Shown one piece after another: positions 30,609 to 40,899 of a stretch of DNA of 64,000 nucleotides. The stretch covers positions 413,568 to 477,567 of the forward strand of contig CAZLEV010000001.1 of assembly GCA_964558645.1 (NCBI GenBank). The letters run 5' to 3'. Made by a program: the position numbers and the translations under genes. The DNA is from an uncultured archaeon (GTDB lineage: Archaea > Asgardarchaeota > Thorarchaeia > Thorarchaeales > Thorarchaeaceae). The notes beneath the pieces are model-generated. The model worked only from the letters and a program-made list of their open reading frames with translations. It made no database searches and was not told where the DNA came from. The first letter of the stretch is position 1; every line of letters begins with the position of its first letter.

Positions 30609-32453
30609 TCACTTCGCAGTACGCAAGAAGACGCTAACACTGAGACCTTTCTCTTGATGCCCATCAATGCGGTCCTCCAGCTCAATACGGCCGCCATATT
30701 TCCGGACAATCCGTCGAACGAGGTGCAGACCAACACCAGCTGAGCGTCTCGAGAGCCTGAAGAGGTGCTGTTTCTCTTTGTCACTCATGCCTGGTCCATT
30801 GTCACTGAATCTGAGCTCGAAGAAATCACCGTGGTCTTCTCCATATATCCAGACTTTCTTGTCATCACCAGGATTATGTTTGATGCTGTTCTCCATTAGA
30901 TTCCAGAAGAGATGCCCAAGAGCACTATCAGCCATCACCCTCACGTTGTCTGGAAGACCCGAGATCTCTGGTGTTACGTTGTACTGGCTTGCGAACAGAC
31001 GTGCTTGGGAAAGCAGCAGGCTTGCTACATCTGTTGGATGCAACGGTTCGCTCTTGAACCTCTCTGCCCGTCTGATATTGTCAATGAGTTCAAGGCACCT
31101 ACTGGCTCCGTCCAAAACATACTGCCGCGCATTCTTAATCTGATTACTTCTGGAGTCATCGTCAAGCAGGTCAGCGCCCGCCACAATCAGCTGCAGCTGG
31201 TTCCCTATATCATGGAGCAAGAGATCTAGCAGGAACTTCACCTCAGCCTCGGCATTCTTGAGTTCAGATACATCTGTAAAGACTGCAAAATTGCCCTGAT
31301 ACTCTCCGTCCGGTCCGAACACAGGTGACGCATGAACAATTGCCGGGATTATGTGCCCATCTTGGTGCAGCAGTTCGATTTCGTAATGATCCGCCTCTCC
31401 CTTCCTGCGTTCCCGGATCTTTTCTTCGACTTCTTTATCTGTCCATCCATAGGTCCACTTGGTTATGGATTTACCGATCAGGTCTTCTGGCGAGCTGTAG
31501 CCCAGCATTTCGCATAGCGCGTCATTGACGAGGAGCGTCTTCCCCCTATCATCATCAATACAGAAGCCGGAGTCCATGGTTTCAAGGAGCCTGCGGTATC
31601 TCTGTTCGCTCTCTTGCAATGCCCTGTGTGCTTCTTTCTGTTCGGTAATGTCTTGAATCTGTGCGACGGTCTTCACAGAGTCTTCTCCTGTCACCATGAC
31701 AGCACTGCTGATAACTACATCTCGGGGCGTTCCGTCACTTCTAAGAATCTTGAACTCGTATACGCGAGGTACTTCTTCTCCCCTTTGCCGTTTCACGTAT
31801 CTCTCCGCTACCAAATCAATGCTATCCGGATGAAGGAACTCTCGAAAGTCGTGCCCGAGGACTTCGCTACGAGTGAGTCCCAGCATATCAAGTAGTTTGT
31901 CGTTAACATACTCGAACTGATAGTTGTCGTTGACCACGAAGATACCAGCAAAGCTTGAGTATTCTATGATGAACTGGAAGATACCCTCCCTCTCTTGGAA
32001 TTTCTCTTCAATCGCCAACCGCCGAGTCAAATCAAGAACATAGACCACAAAACCAACCGGATTTCCCTCCTCAAATACCAACTCAGCCCAGGTTTCTGTG
32101 AGAATCTCAGCGCCATCTTTGCGATTGACCTTGAGAGTGATTGGTGTGGGCTCTGCCCCATCAAGGAGAGCCTTCAGACCTCTCTCCACTAAACCCTTCT
32201 CTTCTGACGAAACCATGCTCGTGGCATTGATCCCATGTTGGAGATCAGAATCGTCAATACAGAGAAGTCTTCTGGCGTTCTTGTTGGCATACATGATTCT
32301 GTAATCGAGGTCCAGCTCCACTATTGGAAGCAGAATATCTTCAACTGTATTTCTGAAGAGTGTTCTGTTGGTCTGTTCAGTACCTTCCGATTTTGCTTGC
32401 CGGTTCATTTGCTCTTGCCAACTTGAAGGGGGTTCTTGCCACCACTTGCACAT
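30609..32453 (-). CDS. Multi-PAS sensor histidine kinase
   Basis: Three PAS/PAC repeats, H-box LLHDIGN, NLMENSIKH, DNGPG, GVGL; the true start may be 32408. Confidence 0.9.
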   Translation of the reverse strand: MCKWWQEPPSSWQEQMNRQAKSEGTEQTNRTLFRNTVEDILLPIVELDLDYRIMYANKNARRLLCIDDSDLQHGINATSMVSSEEKGLVERGLKALLDGAEPTPITLKVNRKDGAEILTETWAELVFEEGNPVGFVVYVLDLTRRLAIEEKFQEREGIFQFIIEYSSFAGIFVVNDNYQFEYVNDKLLDMLGLTRSEVLGHDFREFLHPDSIDLVAERYVKRQRGEEVPRVYEFKILRSDGTPRDVVISSAVMVTGEDSVKTVAQIQDITEQKEAHRALQESEQRYRRLLETMDSGFCIDDDRGKTLLVNDALCEMLGYSSPEDLIGKSITKWTYGWTDKEVEEKIRERRKGEADHYEIELLHQDGHIIPAIVHASPVFGPDGEYQGNFAVFTDVSELKNAEAEVKFLLDLLLHDIGNQLQLIVAGADLLDDDSRSNQIKNARQYVLDGASRCLELIDNIRRAERFKSEPLHPTDVASLLLSQARLFASQYNVTPEISGLPDNVRVMADSALGHLFWNLMENSIKHNPGDDKKVWIYGEDHGDFFELRFSDNGPGMSDKEKQHLFRLSRRSAGVGLHLVRRIVRKYGGRIELEDRIDGHQEKGLSVSVFLRTAK

Positions 32454-32699
32454 GCACTCCAGAGTACCGCGTTCTTACTCTGTATTCAACACTAATATCT
32501 TTCCATCATGTATTGTCAACATGAGTGCTACATCGCTGAGCAGAATAGACAAGGAACGTCCACGGAACTCTCTCTGGTCCTTCTCGTATCAGCTTCTAAA
32601 GATAGTCATTGCTTTGGCTGGACGGTGTGAAAGGTGCTTATAGTATATTGTCGTTTCAGCAGAAAAGATTAGACATTCGCATAAGATTCGCTGCGATTT

Positions 32700-33176
32700 C
32701 TAGCCACCCGGACTGCCTTTCCAAGGAGTATCTTTCCACATGATGTCCCATAGCATATCTTCAGTCAGTGTTTCGGGCTCTACTATCATTTTATGAAGGT
32801 CTTTGAGCAATGCGTGATGTCGCAGCTCGTCTTCTCTGATGGTTAGGGCAATTGTCTTGACTTGTTTGTTATCGCTGCCGTCTGCGAGTTGCTTGTAGGT
32901 GTCTATTGCATGCTGCTCCAGTTCTATGTGCTTCTCAATACCTCTCTTGATCTCATCTCTTTCGCCGGTGCTGATGAAAGGTGTAGGGCCTTTCACTGCT
33001 GTCCTGAGAGATTTCAGTAATGCGGCATGTTTTTTCGAGTCTTGTGATATTGCAAGCAGCATATCCTTTACGAAATCATTGCCCAGTTTCGCTGTATTCT
33101 TTTCGATGATCTCGATAATCCTATTCTCAAGCTCAATCTGTTTGTCAATGAATTCCAGCGTTTGTTCCTTGTTCAT
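32700..33176 (-). CDS. Ferritin-like domain protein
   Basis: IELE...DSKKH / IELE...DELRHH duplicated motifs. Confidence 0.75.
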   Translation of the reverse strand: MNKEQTLEFIDKQIELENRIIEIIEKNTAKLGNDFVKDMLLAISQDSKKHAALLKSLRTAVKGPTPFISTGERDEIKRGIEKHIELEQHAIDTYKQLADGSDNKQVKTIALTIREDELRHHALLKDLHKMIVEPETLTEDMLWDIMWKDTPWKGSPGG

Positions 33177-33495
33177 TCGAGCGAACTCCTCACAGGTGTT
33201 TGACTATTCTTATCGGTTATCTGTCCACTTAAGACTGTTCGCTAGCTTGCATCTAAAAAGCTCAGGTCTTGGTGGTCTTCAGAGATTATTCCTTGATAGG
33301 CCATCGGGAGCGTAATGTGAGACCCGGCACCGGGCAGCATCCCTCTTCAAGTTACTCGATTTCGCCATCATATACTCGGGATATGGCTTAATCCGTCATT
33401 TAAACCGCTAATCTTCTACCCATCGGCCTCTGCCATGTCGCAATGTATTTCAGTCATCAACAGTTACTCTGCAAAAGAAATCTCGAAGAAGTGGT

Positions 33496-33747
33496 GTGTC
33501 CAGCGTGGCAAAAGTAACTCTCTATATGGCTCCCGAATGTCCTCATTCGGCCCAGGTCAAGTCGTTCCTTGAAGAGGCCGGTCTCGAAGTTGAAGAGAAG
33601 TCTGTCCTCGATGGGGAACAGATTCTCGAAGAGATGATTGATGTCAGTGGTCAGAAGGCCATTCCTGTCACCGTCATCGGCGGAGATGTATTCGTGGGAT
33701 TTGATAGGCGAATAGAAAGGAGAATGAAGCGGAAAATGGAGGAATGA
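33496..33747 (+). CDS. Glutaredoxin-like (NrdH/YruB-type) protein
   Basis: CPHS motif, SGQKAIP, VGFD. Confidence 0.8.
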   Translation: MSSVAKVTLYMAPECPHSAQVKSFLEEAGLEVEEKSVLDGEQILEEMIDVSGQKAIPVTVIGGDVFVGFDRRIERRMKRKMEE

Positions 33748-33750
33748 GTT

Positions 33751-34686
33751 ATGTATGATGTGGCTGTGATTGGTTCAGGTGTGACCGGCTATGCTGCTGC
33801 CATGTATGCTGCTCGCCTTGACATGAGTGTCGTCGTTATAGGTGATGTTGAGGGGGGCACCATAACTGAAACCAACGAGGTTGCTAACTACCCTGGTTTC
33901 GTCATGCTGACGGGAACAGAACTCGCAGATAAACTCAAAGAACACGCCCTTGATTACCCGGTCGATCTCGAGACCGGCAATGTCACCGATGTGTTCCGTT
34001 GTGAACAGGATTGTTTCTATGTCGTGACAGATAAGAAGACATTCTTGGCGAAGTCCCTGATATTCGCGACAGGCATGCGGGAGCGAGAGCTTGAGGTTCC
34101 GGGACATGACGAGTTACGTAACCGCGGCGTGAGTTATTGCGCTCTATGTGATGCTCCGCTCTTCAAAGATAAGACAGTGGCAGTTGTGGGGGGAAGCGAC
34201 GCAGCTGCAAAGGAGGCTTTGCTACTTGCGAAGTATTGCCCAAAGGTCTATCTCATTTATAGAGGCAAGAAGATACGTCCTGAGCCAATCAACGCCGAGC
34301 GAGTCGAGAAAGATAGTCGAATAGAGGTCATCACCGAAACCAATGTCACTGAGATTGTGGGGGAGAACCGAGTCAAAGCCGTGAAGCTGGACCGTCCTCA
34401 CAATGGGTCGACCACTCTTCCAGTGGACGGGGTCTTCATCGCTATCGGCGGTATCCCTCGTTCTGATTTGGCAAAGAAACTGGGGGTTGAAACGAATGAG
34501 AAAGGTGAGATTATCATTGATAGAAGTAGTCGTACGAACATCGACGGCGTGTTTGCGGCTGGAGATGTTGTCAACACCGAGTTCAAGCAGGCCATAACGG
34601 GGGTTGGTGAAGGTGTCCATGCTGCATACCAGGCCTATAGGTATGTCAATGAACGCGATTTCGTGTTCACATGGCAACAAGAGTAG
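33751..34686 (+). CDS. trxB: Thioredoxin-disulfide reductase
   Basis: GVSYCALCD, VVGGSDAA, GVFAAGDV, KQAIT. Confidence 0.9.
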   Translation: MYDVAVIGSGVTGYAAAMYAARLDMSVVVIGDVEGGTITETNEVANYPGFVMLTGTELADKLKEHALDYPVDLETGNVTDVFRCEQDCFYVVTDKKTFLAKSLIFATGMRERELEVPGHDELRNRGVSYCALCDAPLFKDKTVAVVGGSDAAAKEALLLAKYCPKVYLIYRGKKIRPEPINAERVEKDSRIEVITETNVTEIVGENRVKAVKLDRPHNGSTTLPVDGVFIAIGGIPRSDLAKKLGVETNEKGEIIIDRSSRTNIDGVFAAGDVVNTEFKQAITGVGEGVHAAYQAYRYVNERDFVFTWQQE

Positions 34687-34709
34687 ATCTGTCTATGTGC
34701 CTTCTTCAT

Positions 34710-35354
34710 TCAGTCTATTGCATCATAGAGCTTGTTGATGAAGATCTCGGGGGTTGCCATTCCCTCGATGAAAGTTGTTTCATTCAACACGGTCTTGGGT
34801 ACGCCGAAGACCTCGTATTCTTGAGCGAGCTCCTTGAATTCCAGCGACTCTATCATGTCTGCTCCGATGAGTGGGTTGAGGATCGCAGCCTGATTCGCCA
34901 TACGAACCATATTGGGGCAATAGGGACACTGTGGCGTTGTGAAGACCTGAATACGAACTTCTCTGTCTATTGCTCGAATGTCCTCAACTATGTCTGGAGG
35001 GAGAGATGGAACTCCTGTTGACGCATCGACAATTGTTCCAACCAAGGCCCCAAATTCGTGTCCAGCGGGAATACCATAGAACCGAATGCTGTATTCCTTT
35101 TCTCCATGCACTACGATGGCTGGGATGAATCGCACTCTGAGCTTCTTGGCCAAAGGGTCGTCGAGTGACCCCGTATGTATTTCAACACTGATCTTCTCTG
35201 ACAGCTCTGCTATCTGTTTGGCGATTTCTCGAGTATCATTGCAGTACAGGCAATCGTGGTCTTTCAGAAAGACATGAAGAGTAACATCATGCTCGAGGTC
35301 GAGAAACATCTCCTGTACTTGTTCTCGGGTTCCTTCATCCATCTCTACAACCAT
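34710..35354 (-). CDS. Protein disulfide oxidoreductase (two thioredoxin folds, PDO-type)
   Basis: CLYC and CPYC motifs, FYGIPAGHEF, GVPKT. Confidence 0.9.
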   Translation of the reverse strand: MVVEMDEGTREQVQEMFLDLEHDVTLHVFLKDHDCLYCNDTREIAKQIAELSEKISVEIHTGSLDDPLAKKLRVRFIPAIVVHGEKEYSIRFYGIPAGHEFGALVGTIVDASTGVPSLPPDIVEDIRAIDREVRIQVFTTPQCPYCPNMVRMANQAAILNPLIGADMIESLEFKELAQEYEVFGVPKTVLNETTFIEGMATPEIFINKLYDAID

Positions 35355-35437
35355 TTAGATACCTCCGTTCTCATTCTCGTACACTGGGTGCTATATTGGC
35401 TTTGCTATTGCAAATATCTTTGGCGAGATTCTACGAC

Positions 35438-36511
35438 CTATTCCCAACGGATTCTGTTCTCTTCAATGAGTTCTCCGATGGCGAGTGGAAATTCATCTTG
35501 GTCTTTCAAGTTTTCGTCTGCAATGAGGTCAACATCTGCCGGGATTCCGAGGTCAACCAGTTCTTTGCACTGGAACAGAGGACCCAGGTTCAGCTCATCA
35601 AACTGGTTCTCCTGAGGATGGTTGGAGAACAGATAGACCTCTTCGAGATTAGTGCAATCGGCCAGAGGATTAAGGTCAATATCGGTGAGTTGATTGCCTG
35701 CAACATCGATGACCCTCAGTTCCTTGCAGTTTGCCAGAGCACTAAGATCCAATTCGCTAATGCCGTTCATCGCCAAACCGATACGCTTGAGGGATTTACA
35801 TTCACTGAGAGGACTTAGGTCGATTTCTTCTAGGTCGTTACTCCCTAAGCGCAAGATTGTCAGCTCTGGACAGTTTGCCAATGTGTCCAAGTTGATGCTT
35901 TGCAGTTCATTGTGATGAAGATAGAGGAATTTCAACCGCGTGCAATTACCGAGAGGAGTCAAATCTAACTGAATCAGCTGATTGTACATGAGATTGAGCT
36001 GTTCAAGATTTTTGCAGTGGAATAGCGGGCTAAGATCGATAGCAGCAATTTCATTATTCTGGAGGTCAAGGTCTTGGAATTTCGAGGTCCTCTTGAGGAA
36101 CGCAAGATCTACTTCAGTAAGCAGGTTATTGAAGAGCCGTAACCTGGTCAACGAGCTGCACGCTGCGAGTGGAGTGAGGTCAAGTTTTGCAAGCTTGTTC
36201 CCTCCAAGACTGACTTCTCCAAGGTTCCTCAGGTTGGCGAGGGGGCTGAGGTTTAGTTCCTTCAGTTCGTTACGTGATAGTTCGAGGAGTCGGAGACTAG
36301 CACACTCAGACAGAGGGTTCAGGTCTAGTTCGGTGAGTTTGTTTCTTCGCAGAATCAATTCTTGAAGATTCTTTGCTTCTTTGAGAGGCTTGAGGTCAAT
36401 CTCGGTCATGCCTCTTCCAGTCAAATCAAGGCTGTGGTCCTCTGGTTCTAGGTGTTCTCGTGAGACAGACCCTGATTTTTTCTTGAACTCAAGTTCGATT
36501 GAATCTTTCAT
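35438..36511 (-). CDS. Leucine-rich repeat protein
   Basis: About 12 tandem 22-aa repeats LxxLxLxxNxLxxIDLxPLxxC. Confidence 0.92.
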   Translation of the reverse strand: MKDSIELEFKKKSGSVSREHLEPEDHSLDLTGRGMTEIDLKPLKEAKNLQELILRRNKLTELDLNPLSECASLRLLELSRNELKELNLSPLANLRNLGEVSLGGNKLAKLDLTPLAACSSLTRLRLFNNLLTEVDLAFLKRTSKFQDLDLQNNEIAAIDLSPLFHCKNLEQLNLMYNQLIQLDLTPLGNCTRLKFLYLHHNELQSINLDTLANCPELTILRLGSNDLEEIDLSPLSECKSLKRIGLAMNGISELDLSALANCKELRVIDVAGNQLTDIDLNPLADCTNLEEVYLFSNHPQENQFDELNLGPLFQCKELVDLGIPADVDLIADENLKDQDEFPLAIGELIEENRIRWE

Positions 36512-36662
36512 CCTATGGACACCTCGAATCTAGCTAGAGGATGCGGTCGGGCATTGTGTTATGAATGTTGTTGAGTGTAGACCCCAAGGTGGCCACAGGG
36601 GATTCTTTTTAAAACACGGTTTCAGACGAATAGTGATTCAGACTTGGATGTGTTCTGGAAAT

Positions 36663-37022
36663 ATGACTACTCTTGGGATTCTTTTATTGACCGGGCCTTA
36701 CACTTATCAGAATAGTGAGACTCTCTATGAGCTAGCCAAGTCGGCCGTGGCGAAGGGGTATCACGTCAAAGTCTTCCTCTTTGTGGACGCAGTCCTCAAC
36801 GCCAAGAGGGGGCAAGATGTCGACCCTGAAGTTCCGCTGAGTGTTCGTTTCCAGGAGCTCGCTGATCTGGGCGTAGTCTTTCAGGCGTGTGGATTGTGCA
36901 CTGCCGCGCGGGGATTTGATCAACTAGGTACGGACTTCATTGAGGGTGTTGAAGTAACGGGGCTCACGGAGCTAGCAGAGATAGTAGGCGAATCAGATCG
37001 GTTCGTGACACTTGGATTATAG
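36663..37022 (+). CDS. DsrE/TusD-like sulfur relay protein
   Basis: GPY, VFLFVDAV, ACGLCTAARG. Confidence 0.85.
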   Translation: MTTLGILLLTGPYTYQNSETLYELAKSAVAKGYHVKVFLFVDAVLNAKRGQDVDPEVPLSVRFQELADLGVVFQACGLCTAARGFDQLGTDFIEGVEVTGLTELAEIVGESDRFVTLGL

Positions 37023-37030
37023 GAGGTAGT

Positions 37031-37384
37031 TTGTTGGAGTTCACAGAAAAGAAAGTATTGATTCTTATTCGAAGGCGACCGTTCGGTACGGTTATTAATT
37101 TCGAAGGTTGGAGGGCTGCGGTTGGTATGTTTGGTATGGATCATAGTCCAACTATTCTCCTCGTTGACGATGGGGTATATGCCGCATTGAAGTCGATGGA
37201 CCAGAAACCAATCAAGCTGTTCAAGTCCACCTACGAGAGCTTCGGCGGAAAGACATGCGTTAGCAAGGCATCAATGGATGAACGTTCAATCAGAGAAGAC
37301 GAGCTTCAAGAGGGAATAGATATTCTTGATTCTGATGCTGTGGGGCGGGCATTTGAAGAGAACGATGTTGTAGTAACATTCTAA
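37031..37384 (+). CDS. DsrF/TusC-like sulfur relay protein
   Basis: RRPFGT..EGWR, LVDDGVY; middle gene of an EFH triad. Confidence 0.8.
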   Translation: MLEFTEKKVLILIRRRPFGTVINFEGWRAAVGMFGMDHSPTILLVDDGVYAALKSMDQKPIKLFKSTYESFGGKTCVSKASMDERSIREDELQEGIDILDSDAVGRAFEENDVVVTF

Positions 37385-37397
37385 GGAGGCTAGTAGA

Positions 37398-37697
37398 TTG
37401 AGATTCCTGATTTGGCTATCATCGGAGTGTACAAGCCTAGATGAGCTTGTGAATTCGTTGCGTTCCGGAGGAAATGAAGTCAGTGTGCTTCTGATTCAAG
37501 ATGGAGTCTTCCTTGCAGATTGCGGATGTGTCCACTCCAGAGACTTGGCTGAGCTTGGCATTCCAGTCTATGTTAGCAGGTCTCATGCTGAGGAGCGTGG
37601 GATCCTATCGCGAATGATATCGGATGTTGTTTTGGTTGAGTACGACAAGGTAGTCGACCTTCTCATGGAGGAACACGATAAGATCATCAGCATGTAA
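37398..37697 (+). CDS. DsrH/TusB-like sulfur relay protein
   Basis: LLIQDGV, ERG, VEYDKVVDL. Confidence 0.8.
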   Translation: MRFLIWLSSECTSLDELVNSLRSGGNEVSVLLIQDGVFLADCGCVHSRDLAELGIPVYVSRSHAEERGILSRMISDVVLVEYDKVVDLLMEEHDKIISM

Positions 37698-37735
37698 GCG
37701 TCAAAGCTGAGTGCTTCGTCTCTGAAGACCTTCTT

Positions 37736-38143
37736 CTATCCTGACTCACCCGGGACAATCATCACTTGTCCGAGTAGGTCTCCCCTGAGAACAGCTGAAC
37801 GAATCCTGGATTGAAACATGGCTTTCATTGCAGTCCTCTTCTCATCAACGCGGCCGAACTCCATTGATCCGATGCAGTAGAGATGTCCCATACCATTGAC
37901 ACCCCAGAAGGAGTTTAGGACTATCGCATTTGCAGGAACCTCAATCGGACGGATGTCCAAGAGCTTTACTTCTCCTGCCTCGAAGTTTGCTTTATCAGTC
38001 GCAACAACCGGGACCAGTTTCACTCTGTTCCAATCGAGCTTCAGTTCTCTTGCGGCAAGGCCATCCACCGCAGTCCTCACACGGTCTAGTCCTATGGAGG
38101 TAAGGTCCTGTGTACATGAAATGACGTATATCTTATCGGTCAT
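37736..38143 (-). CDS. Hypothetical protein, possibly DUF22-like
   Basis: IRPIEVPANAI and GDLLGQV beta-rich pattern. Confidence 0.55.
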   Translation of the reverse strand: MTDKIYVISCTQDLTSIGLDRVRTAVDGLAARELKLDWNRVKLVPVVATDKANFEAGEVKLLDIRPIEVPANAIVLNSFWGVNGMGHLYCIGSMEFGRVDEKRTAMKAMFQSRIRSAVLRGDLLGQVMIVPGESG

Positions 38144-38326
38144 GAGTTGATTCTCCGCTGGACTTGAACAGGTTCGTGTAAACTGGTATGTTTTGGCTTA
38201 AGTAGTTAGCCGTTTTCTGCCGAGAGATTCTCTGATTGCGCGATGATTCAGGCTTACTGAGCCAGTTCATCGTGACAGAGAAGGATTTACATTCTGTTTG
38301 AGCGAGCCTTTTGCTAGCGTATAGAA

Positions 38327-39169
38327 ATGGTGACAGTGATGAACACAGATGAGATACTCAATTTGGCTCTAGAGATGGCTGAACTCGAAGATGTTCCGGG
38401 GGACACTGCAATCCATGTTCCTGGAGAGAATCTGAAGCGCGCTCTGTTCGGCATAGACATGGATACCGCAGAACTGCTTCTCGCAAAGCAACTCGGCTAC
38501 GACCTCGTTATAGCCCATCATCCTCCCGGTGGTCGTTCGAGGATTCACTTCGAGGAGGTTGTGCCGCGTCAGATTCATCAGATGATAGAAGAAGGAGTGC
38601 CCCCGCACATAGCTGAGAAGGCCATTCAGCCAAGGCTAGAACTTGTGAAAGTTGGTTCACATGTCAGCAACTATGACCGTGTCGTTTCTGCAGCCAGACT
38701 TCTCAATATGCCGTTCATGAACATACATCTTCCTTTGGATATCATCTGTCGGCGACGGTTCAGCGATGCTATTACAAGAGTCGACAAGGAGCTGGAGTGT
38801 CCGAAGGTCACTGATGCTATTGATGCCATGATGGAACTACCAGAGATGCAGATGGGCCTGACTGAGCCTGAGGTGTATGTCGGGTCTTCTGATAACCTAC
38901 TGGGGCGGTGGGTAGTAGCCATGGCTGGAGGGACAAATGGTGGTGCTGACGTTGCCAAGGCATACTTTGACTATGGTGTATCTACTGTCATCTACATGCA
39001 TCTCAGCTCCTCCGACAAGCAGAAACTGAAGGAATACAGTGGAGCTGGTAATCTTGTTGCCACCGGTCACATGGCCTCGGACTCTGTTGGTATTGCACCG
39101 TTTGTGAAAGCACTGAGAAAGAGGGGTCTTGAAGTCACACCCATGAGTGGCGTTTTCGTGCCCGAGTAA
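38327..39169 (+). CDS. NIF3/YqfO-like metal-binding protein
   Basis: FGID, IAHHP, NIHLPLD, GHMASD. Confidence 0.75.
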   Translation: MVTVMNTDEILNLALEMAELEDVPGDTAIHVPGENLKRALFGIDMDTAELLLAKQLGYDLVIAHHPPGGRSRIHFEEVVPRQIHQMIEEGVPPHIAEKAIQPRLELVKVGSHVSNYDRVVSAARLLNMPFMNIHLPLDIICRRRFSDAITRVDKELECPKVTDAIDAMMELPEMQMGLTEPEVYVGSSDNLLGRWVVAMAGGTNGGADVAKAYFDYGVSTVIYMHLSSSDKQKLKEYSGAGNLVATGHMASDSVGIAPFVKALRKRGLEVTPMSGVFVPE

Positions 39170-39198
39170 AAACGGTTTGAATCCCGAGAGCGCGTATA

Positions 39199-40086
39199 TC
39201 AGAGGCCTCGATTATGACTTGGTCTAAGACGCCGCTCATCTCCTGACTCGATGGCGTCATCAAGCAGCTCTAGAAGCCTAGCTCGATCTCTGTTGAGTGT
39301 CCCGCGCAGAGGAAGGTAGTTTGAGGCATGGTTTGTTCTGAAGATGCAGTTGGACACGTCAAGATGACGTATCAACATCCTCAGTTCCTTCAATGTGTCG
39401 AAGGGCTTCATGGATTGGAACTCACCCCTCTTGACCAGTTCATACATCGGCGTCCCAGGGGGAATCATCAATGTCAGTGCTCCCACGTATTCAGGGTCAA
39501 TCCGGTTCAGTGCAATCGCGGTGGATACCGCATGCTGTTCTGATTTCTCGACCCCTCCCAGTCCAAGGATAATGGTGATTGAAAGTGGGATATCGGCTTG
39601 CCGAATCTTGAGCGATGCCTGGACATTCTCTTCTGTTGTCACTCCTTTTCTGACCCATCTGAGGAGCTCATCATCGCCAGTCTCCAATCCTAGGTACACT
39701 ATTCCGAGACCTGCATCGCGTAGTGCTATGAGATCTCTGACTGACTTGTTCCGGACATCCTTTGCATAGGCATAGGTCCCCACTCTCTCAAGAGCCGGCA
39801 GTTCTTGTCTGAGAATCGCGAGGACATCAAGAAGCTCATTTGAATTCATGGCGAGGGCATTTCCGTCGGCGAGGAAGACCCTGCTTGTTCTGCTTTTCAC
39901 ACTGTGAGGAAGTGACTTCAGATCGCCCTGTATACCTTCGGCTCCCCTTACTCGATATCTCTTGTTTTTGTAAGAAACGCAGAAGGTGCATGCATTGTGA
40001 GAGCAACCAACGGTGGCTTGTAGAATGAGACTCCGGGCTTCGCTGGGGGGTCTCCAGATGCTTCCTTCGTAGTTCAGGAATGTCAT
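39199..40086 (-). CDS. Radical SAM protein
   Basis: CSHNACTFC, FLADGNAL, YLGLETGD, NHASNYL. Confidence 0.9.
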   Translation of the reverse strand: MTFLNYEGSIWRPPSEARSLILQATVGCSHNACTFCVSYKNKRYRVRGAEGIQGDLKSLPHSVKSRTSRVFLADGNALAMNSNELLDVLAILRQELPALERVGTYAYAKDVRNKSVRDLIALRDAGLGIVYLGLETGDDELLRWVRKGVTTEENVQASLKIRQADIPLSITIILGLGGVEKSEQHAVSTAIALNRIDPEYVGALTLMIPPGTPMYELVKRGEFQSMKPFDTLKELRMLIRHLDVSNCIFRTNHASNYLPLRGTLNRDRARLLELLDDAIESGDERRLRPSHNRGL

Positions 40087-40248
40087 GGATGATTCGAAAG
40101 AGCCCTCCGCAGTGCTATTTTTGTACGTTGCTCTCTCACCATTGAAGAAGCATCAGTACTACCAGCTCCAGCCAAGAGCATGGGCAAAGATGATTTGAAG
40201 TTTGGTTCGATATCACAGACTCTTTTTAGTGGAGAATCGTAGGACGAT

Positions 40249-40821
40249 ATGGTGATCAGAGTCGTGTCTGTTCCAGCTTACAAGCTACTACTAGTGGGCG
40301 ATGCCAATGTGGGAAAGTCATCGTTGATCCGTCGGCTTCTTCTGGAGGATTTTGACCCTGACTACACCGCAACTGTAGGTGTTGACCTGAGTGCTGTGGC
40401 ACTGAATGTGGACGGAAAGACTCCAGTTATCATGACCATGATCGATTTAGGGGGCCAGTCCGATTTCACGGACCTCAGGACGCAATACTACAAGGGAGCT
40501 CATGGTGCCGCACTTGTCTATGACCTATCCTGTCGTGATTCGTTTGAGAATCTAGAGACATGGCATGTGGAACTGAAGGAACACATCGAAGAGCCAAACG
40601 GGGTGTCGCTTCAGGGTGTCGTGATTGGTAATAAGATTGACAAGGCAGGTTCAAGAGAGGTGCCGCGAATCGAAGGCAGGTCCTTTGCAGAGAGTATTGG
40701 TTGGCCATTTCATGAGACCAGTGCCAAGTCGGGTGAGAATGTTGAGGATGTCTTTGCGGCGCTTGCAAAGAGAATGTACGTATCCCATCCCCCTCTGAAG
40801 ACCCGAGCTGACCACGCCTGA
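40249..40821 (+). CDS. Rab-like small GTPase
   Basis: GDANVGKS, TVGVD, DLGGQ, YYKGA, NKID, ETSAK. Confidence 0.93.
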   Translation: MVIRVVSVPAYKLLLVGDANVGKSSLIRRLLLEDFDPDYTATVGVDLSAVALNVDGKTPVIMTMIDLGGQSDFTDLRTQYYKGAHGAALVYDLSCRDSFENLETWHVELKEHIEEPNGVSLQGVVIGNKIDKAGSREVPRIEGRSFAESIGWPFHETSAKSGENVEDVFAALAKRMYVSHPPLKTRADHA

Positions 40822-40899
40822 CCCGCGTTAACCATTCCATTTTATAGTAGTTATCACCTTTCCAACCATCCTATCTTTAGTCTGAAAATGAGAGGTTGA

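Noticed and set aside
35438-36511. 66-bp periodicity as a DNA repeat or DGR target
   Set aside because: Explained by 22-aa LRR coding repeats; no reverse transcriptase or template repeat seen
39170-39198. GGTTTGAATCCC resembling a tRNA T-arm
   Set aside because: Only about 30 bp lie between convergent genes and there is no cloverleaf
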